A stretch of DNA of 64,000 nucleotides from Chloroflexota bacterium (GTDB taxonomy: Bacteria; Chloroflexota; Limnocylindria; P2-11E; CF-107). Below, piece after piece: positions 18,346-27,583 of this stretch. The notes below the pieces were generated by a model. The model had not been told where the DNA came from. It saw only the letters and a list, made by a program, of their open reading frames with translations, and made no database searches. Numbering within the stretch: the first letter of the stretch is position 1; every line of letters begins with the position of its first letter. The position numbers were made by a program, and so were the translations under genes. Location of the stretch: positions 816 to 64,815 of the forward strand of contig VBHP01000029.1 in the NCBI GenBank assembly GCA_005881435.1, given 5' to 3'.

Positions 18346-19922
18346 GCCGGGACGCGCAGCGCGCGGCGTCGCTGAACGCTGGCGGCCTCCGCGTATTCCA
18401 CCGCGGCGTCGGCGCCGAAGCCACCGAACTCGGCGACCGCCCGGGCCAGCGGCACGGCACGGTCGCGCCCGAGGCCGAGGCAGGTGCGCCGAAGGAGCAC
18501 GTCCTCGAGGGTCGCGGCGTCCTCGGTCTCGATGGCGTGGACGACCTCGACGCGCGTCGCCGCCGAGCCCGACACGATCCGGCCGGCGAGAGTTGGGTCG
18601 CGCTCGACGCGCGTGAGGAGCTCGCGGGTCATCGCGCCGTAGACGGAAATGAGCCGATCGAGCTGGTCCGGCGCGAGGCCAAGCCCGGCGGCGTCCTCCC
18701 GCACGCCGTCGACCGCGCCGCCGCCGGGTAGTGGCCGCGTCTTCGTGGCACAGCGCGCGCGGCTTCCGAGACGCTTGGCCACGAAGTCGACCGCCTCCTG
18801 GGCGATGCCGCGGTACGCCGTGAGCTTCCCGCCGACGACCGAGACGATGCCGGAGACGCCGTCGGCCGCGTCGTGATCGCGGATCTCGTGTTCGCGCGGG
18901 ACTGCGCCGGCCTTCACGCCACGCACGTCGACGAGAGCGCGAACGCCGGCATAGGCGTACGCGACGTCGGCGAGGGGCGCGCCGGGGAAGACGCGCGCGG
19001 CCGCGTCCACGAGGTAGCGGATATCCGATTCGGTGACCGTCGCATCAGCGGGATCGCCGTCGAAATCGGTGTCGGTCGTGCCGACGAGGGATGAGTCGAG
19101 CCAGGGGAGGACGAAGATCGGTCGGCCGTCGGTGTGGAAATGGAGGAACGCGTGGCGTGTCGCGGGTGGAGTCACCAGATGCACGCCTTTCGTCAGCCGC
19201 AGCAGCGGACGTTTCCCGCGCCGCGCGCCGCGGATGGTGATATCGACCCAGGCGCCCGTCGCGTTCACCGTCTCGCGCGCGCGCAACCGGACGCGGCGGC
19301 CCGACAGCTCGTCCTGCACCTCGGCGCCGACGACGGCATCGCCCTCGCGCAGCCAGCCCGTCGCCTTGGCGTGATTGAGCACCTTCGCGCCGCCGCGCTT
19401 GGCGTCGACGACGTTCTCGACGACGAGCCGCTCGACGAGCGCGCATTGCGCGTCGTAGAAACGCCACGCCCCGCGAAGGCCATCTGGCGCGAGGCCCGGC
19501 TCGAGGGCCAGGAGCCGTTCGCGCGGGATCCAGCTGCGGCGGGGCAGTGACTTCCGCCGCGACAGCAGGTCGTACAGCAGCATGCCGGCGCGCATCCGAG
19601 CGCGCTCTCGCACCGACGGTCGATACAGCGGCACGTAGACCGGCAACGGCCGCACCAGATGCGGCGCGGTGCGAAGCAGGATCTCCCGCTCACGCAGGTT
19701 CTCGCGGACCAGGCCGAATTCCCGCTGCGCGAGATAGCGGAGCCCGCCATGGATGAGGCGTGTCGAGCGGGACGTCGTGCCTTCGGCGAAGTCGTGCTGC
19801 TCGACGAGTGCCACGGCGAGACCTCGAAGCGCGGCGTCGCGTGCGGCGCCCGCGCCCATCGCACCCCCGCCGACGACGAGCACGTCGAAGACGCGCGAGT
19901 CCAGGGCCCCCAGGTCTCTCAT
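18342..19922 (-). CDS. glpD: FAD-dependent glycerol-3-phosphate dehydrogenase
   Basis: GGGAMG, GTTSRSTRLIHGGLRYL, NATGAW, GTTD and GGKLTAYR motifs. Confidence 0.88.
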   Translation of the reverse strand: MRDLGALDSRVFDVLVVGGGAMGAGAARDAALRGLAVALVEQHDFAEGTTSRSTRLIHGGLRYLAQREFGLVRENLREREILLRTAPHLVRPLPVYVPLYRPSVRERARMRAGMLLYDLLSRRKSLPRRSWIPRERLLALEPGLAPDGLRGAWRFYDAQCALVERLVVENVVDAKRGGAKVLNHAKATGWLREGDAVVGAEVQDELSGRRVRLRARETVNATGAWVDITIRGARRGKRPLLRLTKGVHLVTPPATRHAFLHFHTDGRPIFVLPWLDSSLVGTTDTDFDGDPADATVTESDIRYLVDAAARVFPGAPLADVAYAYAGVRALVDVRGVKAGAVPREHEIRDHDAADGVSGIVSVVGGKLTAYRGIAQEAVDFVAKRLGSRARCATKTRPLPGGGAVDGVREDAAGLGLAPDQLDRLISVYGAMTRELLTRVERDPTLAGRIVSGSAATRVEVVHAIETEDAATLEDVLLRRTCLGLGRDRAVPLARAVAEFGGFGADAAVEYAEAASVQRRRALRVPA

Positions 19923-19974
19923 GCGGTCACACTATCCAGACCTATACTCGCGCGCGGCAAGGAGGGGAGCACTG

Positions 19975-21333
19975 ATGTCCGCATACTCGCGTCGAACATT
20001 CCTCAAGGTGGCGGCCGCGACCGGCATCGCTGTGGCGTGCTCTCCGGCGGCGCAGCCGTCGGCCACTCCGTCGAGTGGGGCGCCCAGCCAGGCCAAGGGC
20101 CTGACGGGCACGATCACGGTGTCCTATCCGGACGAGCTCGGTGTCAAGCCGAAATACGTCGATCAGGCCGCGAAGACGGTGCAGAGCAACAACTCGGGGG
20201 CCACGGTGAAGGTCGATCTGCAGAAGATCTCCGACGACCTCTACTACCCGAAGCTGCTGCTCGCGCTGCAGAGCGGCACCGATGTGCCGGACGTGTTCCA
20301 TTTCGGCGGCGACAGCATCGGCGAGCTCGCCGACGCGGGTTACATCGAGCCCCTGGACAACTACGTCAACGCCTGGGCCGACTGGAAGCAGTATCCCGAC
20401 TCGATCAAGAAGGGCGCGACCTATAAGGGCAAGGTCTGGGCGATCCCCTACGGCATGGACACGCGCTGGCTGTACTTCCGGCGCGACGATCTGCAGAAGG
20501 CCGGACTCGCCGCCGACTGGACGCCGACCAAGCTCGACGACGTCGTCGCGGCAGCGACGGCGGTCAAGTCGAAGGTCACCAACGTGCTGCCATACGCGCT
20601 GTATGCGGGACAAGCCGCGTCTGACGGCGCTCGCGACCACGCCTTCGTGCCCCTGGTCTGGGCTTACGGCGGTGACGTCGTCACCAGCGATGGCAAATGG
20701 ATCGGCAACAGCGCCGCCATCCGCAAGGCCCTCGCCTACTACCAGAAGGTCTACGGCCAGGGCCTCTCGCCGAAAGAGATCTTGACCACGACCAAGCCCT
20801 GGACGGCGATGCGCGCGAAGCTTGGCGACGGCAGCCTGGCGCTGCTCTTCGAAGGCGGCTGGGTCTACGGCGGTTGGCAGTCGAAGGACAAGTCAGGCAC
20901 CGAGAAGAACGTCGGCTACGTGCTCCATCCGACCGAGACCAGCGGACCGTCGTTCACCATCGGTGGCCTCGGGACGTGCTGGTACATCACCGCGAAATCC
21001 AAGAACAAGGATCTGGCGTGGGAGTTCATCAAGACCTGGAACAACAAGGACACCGTCGCGAAGATCAACATCGAAGATCCGCACCCGGTGGCGCGCAGTG
21101 ACTCCGCGGACGTCGCCGAGTTCAAGGCGCAGCAGTACCTTGTCGATTCGACCAAGTCGCTGGAGAAGGCGCGGTTCCTCCCGCCGGACCCGAACCTGAG
21201 CAAGATCACGACCGCGATCCAGAAGGCCACGGGTCGGGTCGCGAACGGGGATTCCAGCGCGGACGACGCCGCGAAGCAGTACTCCGCGGACCTCAAGCAG
21301 GCCATCGGAGCGGACAAAGTCGTCGAACAGTAG
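19975..21333 (+). CDS. Sugar ABC substrate-binding Tat lipoprotein
   Basis: SRRTFLK twin-arginine motif plus AVAC lipobox; GGAGG SD; TATACT at 19943-48. Confidence 0.9.
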   Translation: MSAYSRRTFLKVAAATGIAVACSPAAQPSATPSSGAPSQAKGLTGTITVSYPDELGVKPKYVDQAAKTVQSNNSGATVKVDLQKISDDLYYPKLLLALQSGTDVPDVFHFGGDSIGELADAGYIEPLDNYVNAWADWKQYPDSIKKGATYKGKVWAIPYGMDTRWLYFRRDDLQKAGLAADWTPTKLDDVVAAATAVKSKVTNVLPYALYAGQAASDGARDHAFVPLVWAYGGDVVTSDGKWIGNSAAIRKALAYYQKVYGQGLSPKEILTTTKPWTAMRAKLGDGSLALLFEGGWVYGGWQSKDKSGTEKNVGYVLHPTETSGPSFTIGGLGTCWYITAKSKNKDLAWEFIKTWNNKDTVAKINIEDPHPVARSDSADVAEFKAQQYLVDSTKSLEKARFLPPDPNLSKITTAIQKATGRVANGDSSADDAAKQYSADLKQAIGADKVVEQ

Positions 21334-21348
21334 CCCGTCGTGCGCAGC

Positions 21349-21382
21349 GCGGAGCGGAGGCCTTTGCCTCCGCTCCGCTTTT
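21349..21382 (+). terminator. Intrinsic terminator
   Basis: GCGGAGCGGAGGC-CTTT-GCCTCCGCTCCGC followed by TTTT. Confidence 0.85.
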
Positions 21383-21410
21383 CTGCCGCGCGGCGCGCCA
21401 CAATCCAGGC

Positions 21411-22319
21411 GTGGACGCGCCGCACCCGGATTCGCTGATCCGCGCGCCGTCCGGCCGCGCGGTCGAGCTCAAGGTCCATCGCTGCAACTGGAGTGGTGTG
21501 CACCCCGAGAATTCCTTGTCCGCGCTGGAAGAGTGCTCGCGCGAGCGCGTGCTTCGCGTCGAGATCGACGTGCAGATGCTGCGCGACGCGGCCTGGGCGG
21601 TGTTCCATGACGATCGCGTCGACCGCGCCACGACCGCGTCGGGACGAGTTCGCGACCTGACCGCGGTCGAGCTGTCGCGGGCGCGATTCCGCGGGACGAG
21701 CCAGCGCGTGCCGCTGCTGTCCGAGGCTCTGGCCCTGATCGCGAACGCCGCGTACCCGCGCACGATCGAGCTCGACCTCAAGGCCGACGCGCCGATCCCG
21801 TGGCCGCGCGTCGAGGAACTCGCGCGCGCGGTCGAGCCGGCCAAAGCGCGCATCGTCTTCGGAGGCACCGCCGACTGGAATCTTCGCCGCTTGCTGAGCG
21901 TGGATCCGACGCTGCCCGTGAGCCTCAATCCGCACGCGTATCTCGACTACGGCGAGCGGAACGGGCGTCTCCCCGCCGGCGCCTACGGCTATCTCGACGC
22001 GCACCCCCTCGCGCGGCGCCGCCTCGGCAGCGTCGGTGACTACCTGCGTGATCGATTCGGCGGCGTGATGCGGCTCGTGCCTGGGGCGCGCGAAGCGCAT
22101 CTGCGGCTTCGGATGTTCGAGAAGATGTTGGACGACGGCGTCGGCGATGCGGCCGAGATCTTCCACGCCCTGAACGTGAAGGTCGACGTCTGGACACTGG
22201 ATGCCGGGATGGCGCGATGGCAGCACCGGCTTGCGCGCGCCCTCGGCGCCGCGGTCGACATCATCACCACCAACACCGCACACGCCCTGGCCGCGGCCGC
22301 CCGCGCGATCGAGCCATGA
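21411..22319 (+). CDS. Atypical glycerophosphodiester phosphodiesterase (GDPD) family protein
   Basis: HRC...PENS, VEIDV, FHD, VWT and IITTN match the GDPD scaffold; leaderless (CACAAT-N6-GTG). Confidence 0.8.
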   Translation: MDAPHPDSLIRAPSGRAVELKVHRCNWSGVHPENSLSALEECSRERVLRVEIDVQMLRDAAWAVFHDDRVDRATTASGRVRDLTAVELSRARFRGTSQRVPLLSEALALIANAAYPRTIELDLKADAPIPWPRVEELARAVEPAKARIVFGGTADWNLRRLLSVDPTLPVSLNPHAYLDYGERNGRLPAGAYGYLDAHPLARRRLGSVGDYLRDRFGGVMRLVPGAREAHLRLRMFEKMLDDGVGDAAEIFHALNVKVDVWTLDAGMARWQHRLARALGAAVDIITTNTAHALAAAARAIEP

Positions 22320-22325
22320 ATGACT

Positions 22326-22355
22326 GAGGAGGCGCTCCACCAGGAACGCCTCCTC
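22326..22355. terminator. Hairpin between convergent genes
   Basis: GAGGAGGCG...CGCCTCCTC inverted repeat. Confidence 0.5.
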
Positions 22356-22386
22356 TATCGCGGGCGTCGCGAATCGCTTCGGTCGG

Positions 22387-22608
22387 CTAACGCTTCGGCG
22401 GCTGTCCGCCGCCCTGTCCGGGTTTCTGCTGCTGGCCTCCGCCCTGTCCGGGCTTGCCCATGCCGCCGCCACCGGAACCCGGCATCCCGCCGCCTCCGCC
22501 GCCACCCTGTCCAGGACGCTGTTGTCCGGGCATACCGCCGGGCGTGCCCTGGCCGCCTTTTCCGCCGCCCTGTCCGCCTTCGCCAGGCTGTTTCGGTTGT
22601 TCCTTCAA
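22387..22608 (-). CDS. 73-aa Gly/Gln/Pro-rich low-complexity protein
   Basis: GGAGGT SD 8 nt before TTG; three PGQGGG repeats with synonymous variation; lies in otherwise unassigned space. Confidence 0.6.
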   Translation of the reverse strand: MKEQPKQPGEGGQGGGKGGQGTPGGMPGQQRPGQGGGGGGGMPGSGGGGMGKPGQGGGQQQKPGQGGGQPPKR

Positions 22609-22690
22609 AAGAGTGCACCTCCGTGCATTTCGCCCGCGCGCGAAATTCTTGGCGCTGCCGTGCGCGAGAGCAACTCCCCAGGCAGACGAG

Positions 22691-23755
22691 TTAGTCCCGC
22701 ATCTCCGCTTCAGGTTCGGCGAAAGCGCGAGCGCGAGTCAGTTTCACGTACACCGGTCGAGCGTCGAGTCGAAACGATTTCGGCACGCGCGCCTCGATCG
22801 GCCCCAGCGTGGGATGACGTCCGGCCAGGCGCTGGTACGCGCCGAAATTCACCAGGCGTGGATCGTCGAGCGCGAACGCTCCGGGCTCCGGGGCCCGCAC
22901 GACCTCGACGACTTCGGGCCGCGTCGAGACGGTGACGTGTGCACCGTCCGGCGCGCCGTCAACGGGCTCGACCGCGACGCGTTCGTCGCCGATGTGCGCC
23001 CACGTCACGCCGTTCGCGCGACGGAGCGTGCCGCGAAAGAAATTGCTCTGACCGATGAAATCGGCGACAAACGACGTGGCGGGGCGATCGTAGATGTCGT
23101 TGGCGTCGCCGAGCTGCTGGATCACGCCACGGTTCATGACCGCGATGCGGTCGGCCATCGTGAGGGCTTCCTCCTGATCGTGAGTCACGTACACGGTCGT
23201 GATCTGCAGCTCCTGCTGGATTCGGCGGATCTCGTCGCGCATGCGCACGCGAAGCTTGGCGTCGAGATTCGAGAGCGGCTCGTCGAGGAGCAGGATCTTC
23301 GGACCGAGGACCAGCGCGCGCGCCAGCGCCACGCGTTGCTGCTGCCCTCCCGAAAGCTGGGAGGGGAAGCGATGCTCGACACCGGGAAGGCGGACCACGT
23401 CGAGCATGGCCCGCGCGCGCTCGGCGATCTGCGCCGCCGGCACTTTGCGCAGCTTCAGACCGAACGAGATGTTCTCGCCGACGGTCATGTGCGGCCACAG
23501 CGCGTAGCTCTGGAACACCATCGCCGTCGGCCTCCGCTCCGGCGGCAGGTCGGTGACGTCCTTCCCATCGATGAGGATCTGACCGGTGTCGGGACGGATG
23601 AAGCCCGCCAGCATTCGCAGCGTCGTGGTCTTGCCGCAGCCGGACGGCCCGAGGAGCGCCACGAACTCGCGATCGGGGATGCGCAGCGAGACGTCGCTCA
23701 CAGCGGCGACTTCCTTGTAGTACTTGGAGACACCGCGGAGCTCGACCTCGGCCAT
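22691..23755 (-). CDS. ABC ATP-binding protein (PotA-like)
   Basis: GPSGCGKT, LSGGQQQR and LLLDEP motifs. Confidence 0.92.
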   Translation of the reverse strand: MAEVELRGVSKYYKEVAAVSDVSLRIPDREFVALLGPSGCGKTTTLRMLAGFIRPDTGQILIDGKDVTDLPPERRPTAMVFQSYALWPHMTVGENISFGLKLRKVPAAQIAERARAMLDVVRLPGVEHRFPSQLSGGQQQRVALARALVLGPKILLLDEPLSNLDAKLRVRMRDEIRRIQQELQITTVYVTHDQEEALTMADRIAVMNRGVIQQLGDANDIYDRPATSFVADFIGQSNFFRGTLRRANGVTWAHIGDERVAVEPVDGAPDGAHVTVSTRPEVVEVVRAPEPGAFALDDPRLVNFGAYQRLAGRHPTLGPIEARVPKSFRLDARPVYVKLTRARAFAEPEAEMRD

Positions 23756-23758
23756 GTG

Positions 23759-24619
23759 CTAGACCCTCCCCAGGCCGGCGGCGACGTATTCGCTGCGGAG
23801 GTAGCGCTGCGCCGCGACCAGGAGCACCAAGGACGGCAGCGACAGCAGCACCGAGAACACCGCCGCGACCGGGCGTTCGAAGCTCGAGATCAGCGTGTAC
23901 ATCAGCACCGGCATGGTGATGAAATGCGGCGTACCGACGATCAGGGTGCCCTGCGCTTCATCCAGCGAGGCGAGGAACGAGAACAGTGAAGCCACGATGA
24001 TCCCCGGCAACGCCAGCGGAAAGACCACGCTCCAGAAAGCGCGAAGCGGCGAGGCGCCCGCATCGCGAGCCGCCTCCTCGAGATGCGGATCGATGCTGCG
24101 GAACGTCGCCGTAGTGATCCAGGTCATGTACACCAGCGTGCCGATCATGTGCAGGAAGACGACGCCCCAGTACGTGTCGATGAGGTTGATCTGGTAGTAC
24201 AGGACCGCCAGCGACACGTACAGGCCGATACGCGGGAAGGCATTCGGGATCAAGAACAGCAGCAGCAGCACCCGCCGGAACGGCACGTTCAGGCGTGCGA
24301 AGGCGTAGCCGGCCGGAATCGCGATGAGCGCCGTGAGCACCGTCACGACCGGCGCGATGGTGAACGACAGGACCATCGCGTTCACCACCCGCGGGTTCTC
24401 GAACACCTGCTCGTACCAGCGGATCGTCCACTGCGTCGGGATGACGTTCGGCCAGAACCATTCGCCGGCGAACGACCACAGCACCAGCGTGAGCAGCGGA
24501 ATGCCGATGAACACCGCCAGACCCGCCACGAACAGCCGTAGGATCAATCGCCGCATGCGCGGGTCGTCGATCGCCCAGGTGAGCGACACACCTGGCAGCG
24601 CCCGCGCACCCGCCGCCAT
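23759..24619 (-). CDS. ABC permease (PotC-like)
   Basis: Hydrophobic; LEEAARDAGA EAA loop. Confidence 0.88.
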   Translation of the reverse strand: MAAGARALPGVSLTWAIDDPRMRRLILRLFVAGLAVFIGIPLLTLVLWSFAGEWFWPNVIPTQWTIRWYEQVFENPRVVNAMVLSFTIAPVVTVLTALIAIPAGYAFARLNVPFRRVLLLLFLIPNAFPRIGLYVSLAVLYYQINLIDTYWGVVFLHMIGTLVYMTWITTATFRSIDPHLEEAARDAGASPLRAFWSVVFPLALPGIIVASLFSFLASLDEAQGTLIVGTPHFITMPVLMYTLISSFERPVAAVFSVLLSLPSLVLLVAAQRYLRSEYVAAGLGRV

Positions 24620-25525
24620 CTAGCGCACCTCGCGCTTGAATTGCTGCCGCACGTAGTAGATCGCGGCTACCAGAGACAGCAAGAAGATGACGACCGCCTG
24701 CGTGCTCGCAACGTACGGCTCGAAGTAGTTGGTCATGTAGTAGACCATCGACACGCCCAGCATCTGTGGCGCGTTCGGTCCCAGCAGGTACGGCACGGTG
24801 AACCCGCCGACCACGCCGAGGAACATGAACGTTATCCCGATGAGCGCTCCCGGCGCCGACAACGGTAGGACGATGTGGCGGAAGATCTGCCACGACGAGG
24901 CGCCGACGTCGCGCGCCGATTCGACGAGGGTGTCGCTGATCTCGAGCAGCACCGAGCTCAGCAGCACGGTCATGAACGGGAGCGACAGCCACACCTGGGT
25001 GATGACGATCCCTTTCCAGTCGAACACGATCCGCGGGAAAGATTCGTCGGGGAAGCCGACACGCTGCAGCAGGCCGTCGACGAAACCATGGTTCGCCAGG
25101 AAGGTGATCATCGCGTAGCTCGCGATGACCGAGGGGATGAACAGCGGGATCACGTAGATGCGCGATAGGAAGCGCACGGCCGGACCTTTGCCAAAACGAA
25201 GCGCCAGCGCGATGGAGTAGGCCAGAGCGAACACGATCGCGACGGAGATCACCGCGATGAGAACGGTGAAGATCACGTTGTCGCGAAGCGTCTCCGTCTC
25301 GAAGATGGCGCGGTAATTGTCCGTGCCGACGCGGTAGCTGTAGTTGCCGGCGTTGTCACGGTCGCGCACGGTGAAGGACGTGGTGATCGCTTTCACCACG
25401 GGAATGAACACGAAGACGGTCAGATACAGCAGCGAGGGGGCGACCAACGCCAGGCCGGCCAGCCGCGAGCGATCGAGACGGCGCGGTCGCGGCCGAGGCG
25501 GGGCGGCGAATGTCGTGCTTGCCAC
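24620..25525 (-). CDS. ABC permease (PotB-like)
   Basis: Hydrophobic; LVESARDVGA EAA loop. Confidence 0.88.
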   Translation of the reverse strand: MASTTFAAPPRPRPRRLDRSRLAGLALVAPSLLYLTVFVFIPVVKAITTSFTVRDRDNAGNYSYRVGTDNYRAIFETETLRDNVIFTVLIAVISVAIVFALAYSIALALRFGKGPAVRFLSRIYVIPLFIPSVIASYAMITFLANHGFVDGLLQRVGFPDESFPRIVFDWKGIVITQVWLSLPFMTVLLSSVLLEISDTLVESARDVGASSWQIFRHIVLPLSAPGALIGITFMFLGVVGGFTVPYLLGPNAPQMLGVSMVYYMTNYFEPYVASTQAVVIFLLSLVAAIYYVRQQFKREVR

Positions 25526-25554
25526 GCCGCCGCCCCTCCTCTAGTGCTCCGTTG

Positions 25555-26724
25555 CTACTTCGCGGCCGCGACCTTCTCGTGCCAGAGACGCTGCATGTCG
25601 CTGCCATAGGTCCCGCCCGGCCAGTAGCGGAACTCCTTGTCCGCGCCGGCGAAGCGGCTCCGCGCATCCGCCGGCATGTACTGCCAGTCGATGCCCGGAT
25701 ATCCGGCCATTGCGCCCTGGACGATGAGCTTCTGCTGATTCGGATCGAGCAGGTAGTTCAGGTACGCGAATGCGGCCTGCTTGTGCGTCGAACCCTTCGG
25801 AACGCCGATGTAAGCGGCGCCACCATTGAGCGCCGGATTGATCTGGGTCAGCTTGATCGTCTTCGGCAGCGTGCCACCGGCGAGCGCCTGCGTCGCCTGG
25901 TCGGACCACACCGTGCCCATGGAGATCTCGCCGCGGTTCAGCAGGTCCAGGGTGCCCGCGTTGCCCTTGGGGTACACGCCCTTCTGATAGAGCGAGGGCG
26001 CGAGATCGCGAAGGGCGGCGAAGGCTTGATCCCAATCCTTCTCGTTGTCCGCGCTGAACGGCTTGCCGTTGTATTTGCTGTAGTCGCTGTACTTGTAGAT
26101 CATCGCGATCACGAACGCGTCACCGGATCCGCCGGTCGACGGCTCGTTGTAGGCGAACTTGCCGGGGTTCGCTTTGATCCAGCTGATCAGCTCGTCGAAC
26201 GTCTGTGGCGGGTTTGCGATCTTATCCGAGTTGTACGCCACCACGACGCTCGAACCGCGATACGGGACAGCTTTGTTGTTGACGAAGTCCAACTCCGCCT
26301 TCGGGACCTTCGCCAGGTTGGGAATGTCCTTGTCGCTGATGGTCAGGAAGAGGTCGTCGGGTCGGGTGTAGTAACCAGTGTCGGCCTCCCACAGGTCGAT
26401 GTCCCACTGCTGCTTGCCGGCATCGCGTTGCGCCTTCAACCGGTCGTAGATGCCCTGCGCGCCGGTGCCGTGCTCCAGGAACGTGAAGGTGACCTTGACC
26501 CCGCTCGACGATTGGAAGCCGGGAATCACCTGCTTCTCGTGCAGGTCCTGCACGTTCGTGTCGCCGCCGCTGTAGAAGGTCAGCTCGGTGTCCTTCGCCG
26601 TCGCGCTCGAGCCGGCGGACGGACTGCTGCCGCCCGTCGGTGTTCCGCCGCCGCAGGCCGCGGCCACCACCAAGGCCACGACGACCGGCACCGCGCGACG
26701 AAGCCAAAACGCGAGACCGTTCAT
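25555..26724 (-). CDS. ABC substrate-binding lipoprotein (PotD/YnjB-like)
   Basis: AAAC lipobox; YNSDKI and NPGKFAYNEPSTGGSG motifs; first gene of a complete four-gene ABC operon. Confidence 0.85.
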   Translation of the reverse strand: MNGLAFWLRRAVPVVVALVVAAACGGGTPTGGSSPSAGSSATAKDTELTFYSGGDTNVQDLHEKQVIPGFQSSSGVKVTFTFLEHGTGAQGIYDRLKAQRDAGKQQWDIDLWEADTGYYTRPDDLFLTISDKDIPNLAKVPKAELDFVNNKAVPYRGSSVVVAYNSDKIANPPQTFDELISWIKANPGKFAYNEPSTGGSGDAFVIAMIYKYSDYSKYNGKPFSADNEKDWDQAFAALRDLAPSLYQKGVYPKGNAGTLDLLNRGEISMGTVWSDQATQALAGGTLPKTIKLTQINPALNGGAAYIGVPKGSTHKQAAFAYLNYLLDPNQQKLIVQGAMAGYPGIDWQYMPADARSRFAGADKEFRYWPGGTYGSDMQRLWHEKVAAAK

Positions 26725-26786
26725 ATCGCAAAACCCCCCTCAAAACGCGCGCGCTGAGGCGGCCTACGCTAGCACCGCCTTCATCG

Positions 26787-27524
26787 ATGCTTCGAGCTGC
26801 GTTCTTCGACCTCGGCGACACCCTTCTACGCGCGCGAGGCGATCAGAACGCGATCCTCGCGGCCCACCGCGACCGTCTGATCGAGCGGTTCGGGAGGCGC
26901 GACTGGTATGAGGCTCTGCTCGCCGCGGACCTGCTCTCGGAGCTGCTGGTCGACGACCCGGCCGAGCCCCTGCGGCAGCGGACGCTGGTCGTTCTCGACC
27001 GCTGGCTGGAGCGGCGGGGCGTCGATCGTGACGGTCTGGACCTCGACGAGCTCCGGCGTACCGCTGAGGTGCCGCGAAAGCTGAACGCGACGCTGATGCC
27101 TGGAGCGCACCAGATGCTGTCGGTCCTGCGCGCCCGTCCCGGTCTGCGCATCGGCGTCATCAGCAACACGCTGTGGACCGGCGACGACGATCTGCGCGCG
27201 GACCTGCCGCTCCTGGGCCTAGCCGACGTCGTCGACGTCGTCGTCACCTCGCATAGCGCCGGCTATCGCAAGCCGCATCGGGCGATCTACGAGCGGGCAC
27301 TCGCGCTGGCAGACGTCGCTCCCGAGGAGGCGTTCATGGTCGGCGACGAGCCCTATGCCGACGTCGTCGGAGCCCAGCGCATGGGCATGCGCGCGGTGTG
27401 GTTGCGCCATCCGCCGCCGCGTCCGCACCCGGTCGGCGCGCCACACGACCTTCGTGTGACCGCTGACGCAGAGATCACCGCTCTCTCAGAGCTTCCGGCG
27501 GTGGTCGAGCGCTGGAGTAGATGA
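26787..27524 (+). CDS. HAD-family hydrolase
   Basis: FFDLGDTL, ISNT, RKP and VGDEPYADV motifs. Confidence 0.85.
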   Translation: MLRAAFFDLGDTLLRARGDQNAILAAHRDRLIERFGRRDWYEALLAADLLSELLVDDPAEPLRQRTLVVLDRWLERRGVDRDGLDLDELRRTAEVPRKLNATLMPGAHQMLSVLRARPGLRIGVISNTLWTGDDDLRADLPLLGLADVVDVVVTSHSAGYRKPHRAIYERALALADVAPEEAFMVGDEPYADVVGAQRMGMRAVWLRHPPPRPHPVGAPHDLRVTADAEITALSELPAVVERWSR

Positions 27525-27528
27525 CTGC

Positions 27529-27560
27529 GCGAAGACCCGTCTTCGGAGACGGGTCTTCGC
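27529..27560. terminator. Bidirectional terminator-like hairpin
   Basis: GCGAAGACCCGTCT-TCGG-AGACGGGTCTTCGC, 14-bp perfect stem between convergent genes. Confidence 0.8.
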
Positions 27561-27583
27561 ACCAGAGATCCCGCGACGCGTGG

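Noticed and set aside
22400-22580. CCGCCCTGTCC repeats as a CRISPR array
   Set aside because: Repeats are about 12 nt, irregularly spaced, explained by GQGG codons, and there are no cas genes.
22355-22618. Arg-rich protamine-like ORF in the alternative frame
   Set aside because: Its GTG overlaps the SD of the Gly-rich frame; the SD spacing fits TTG 22608 better.
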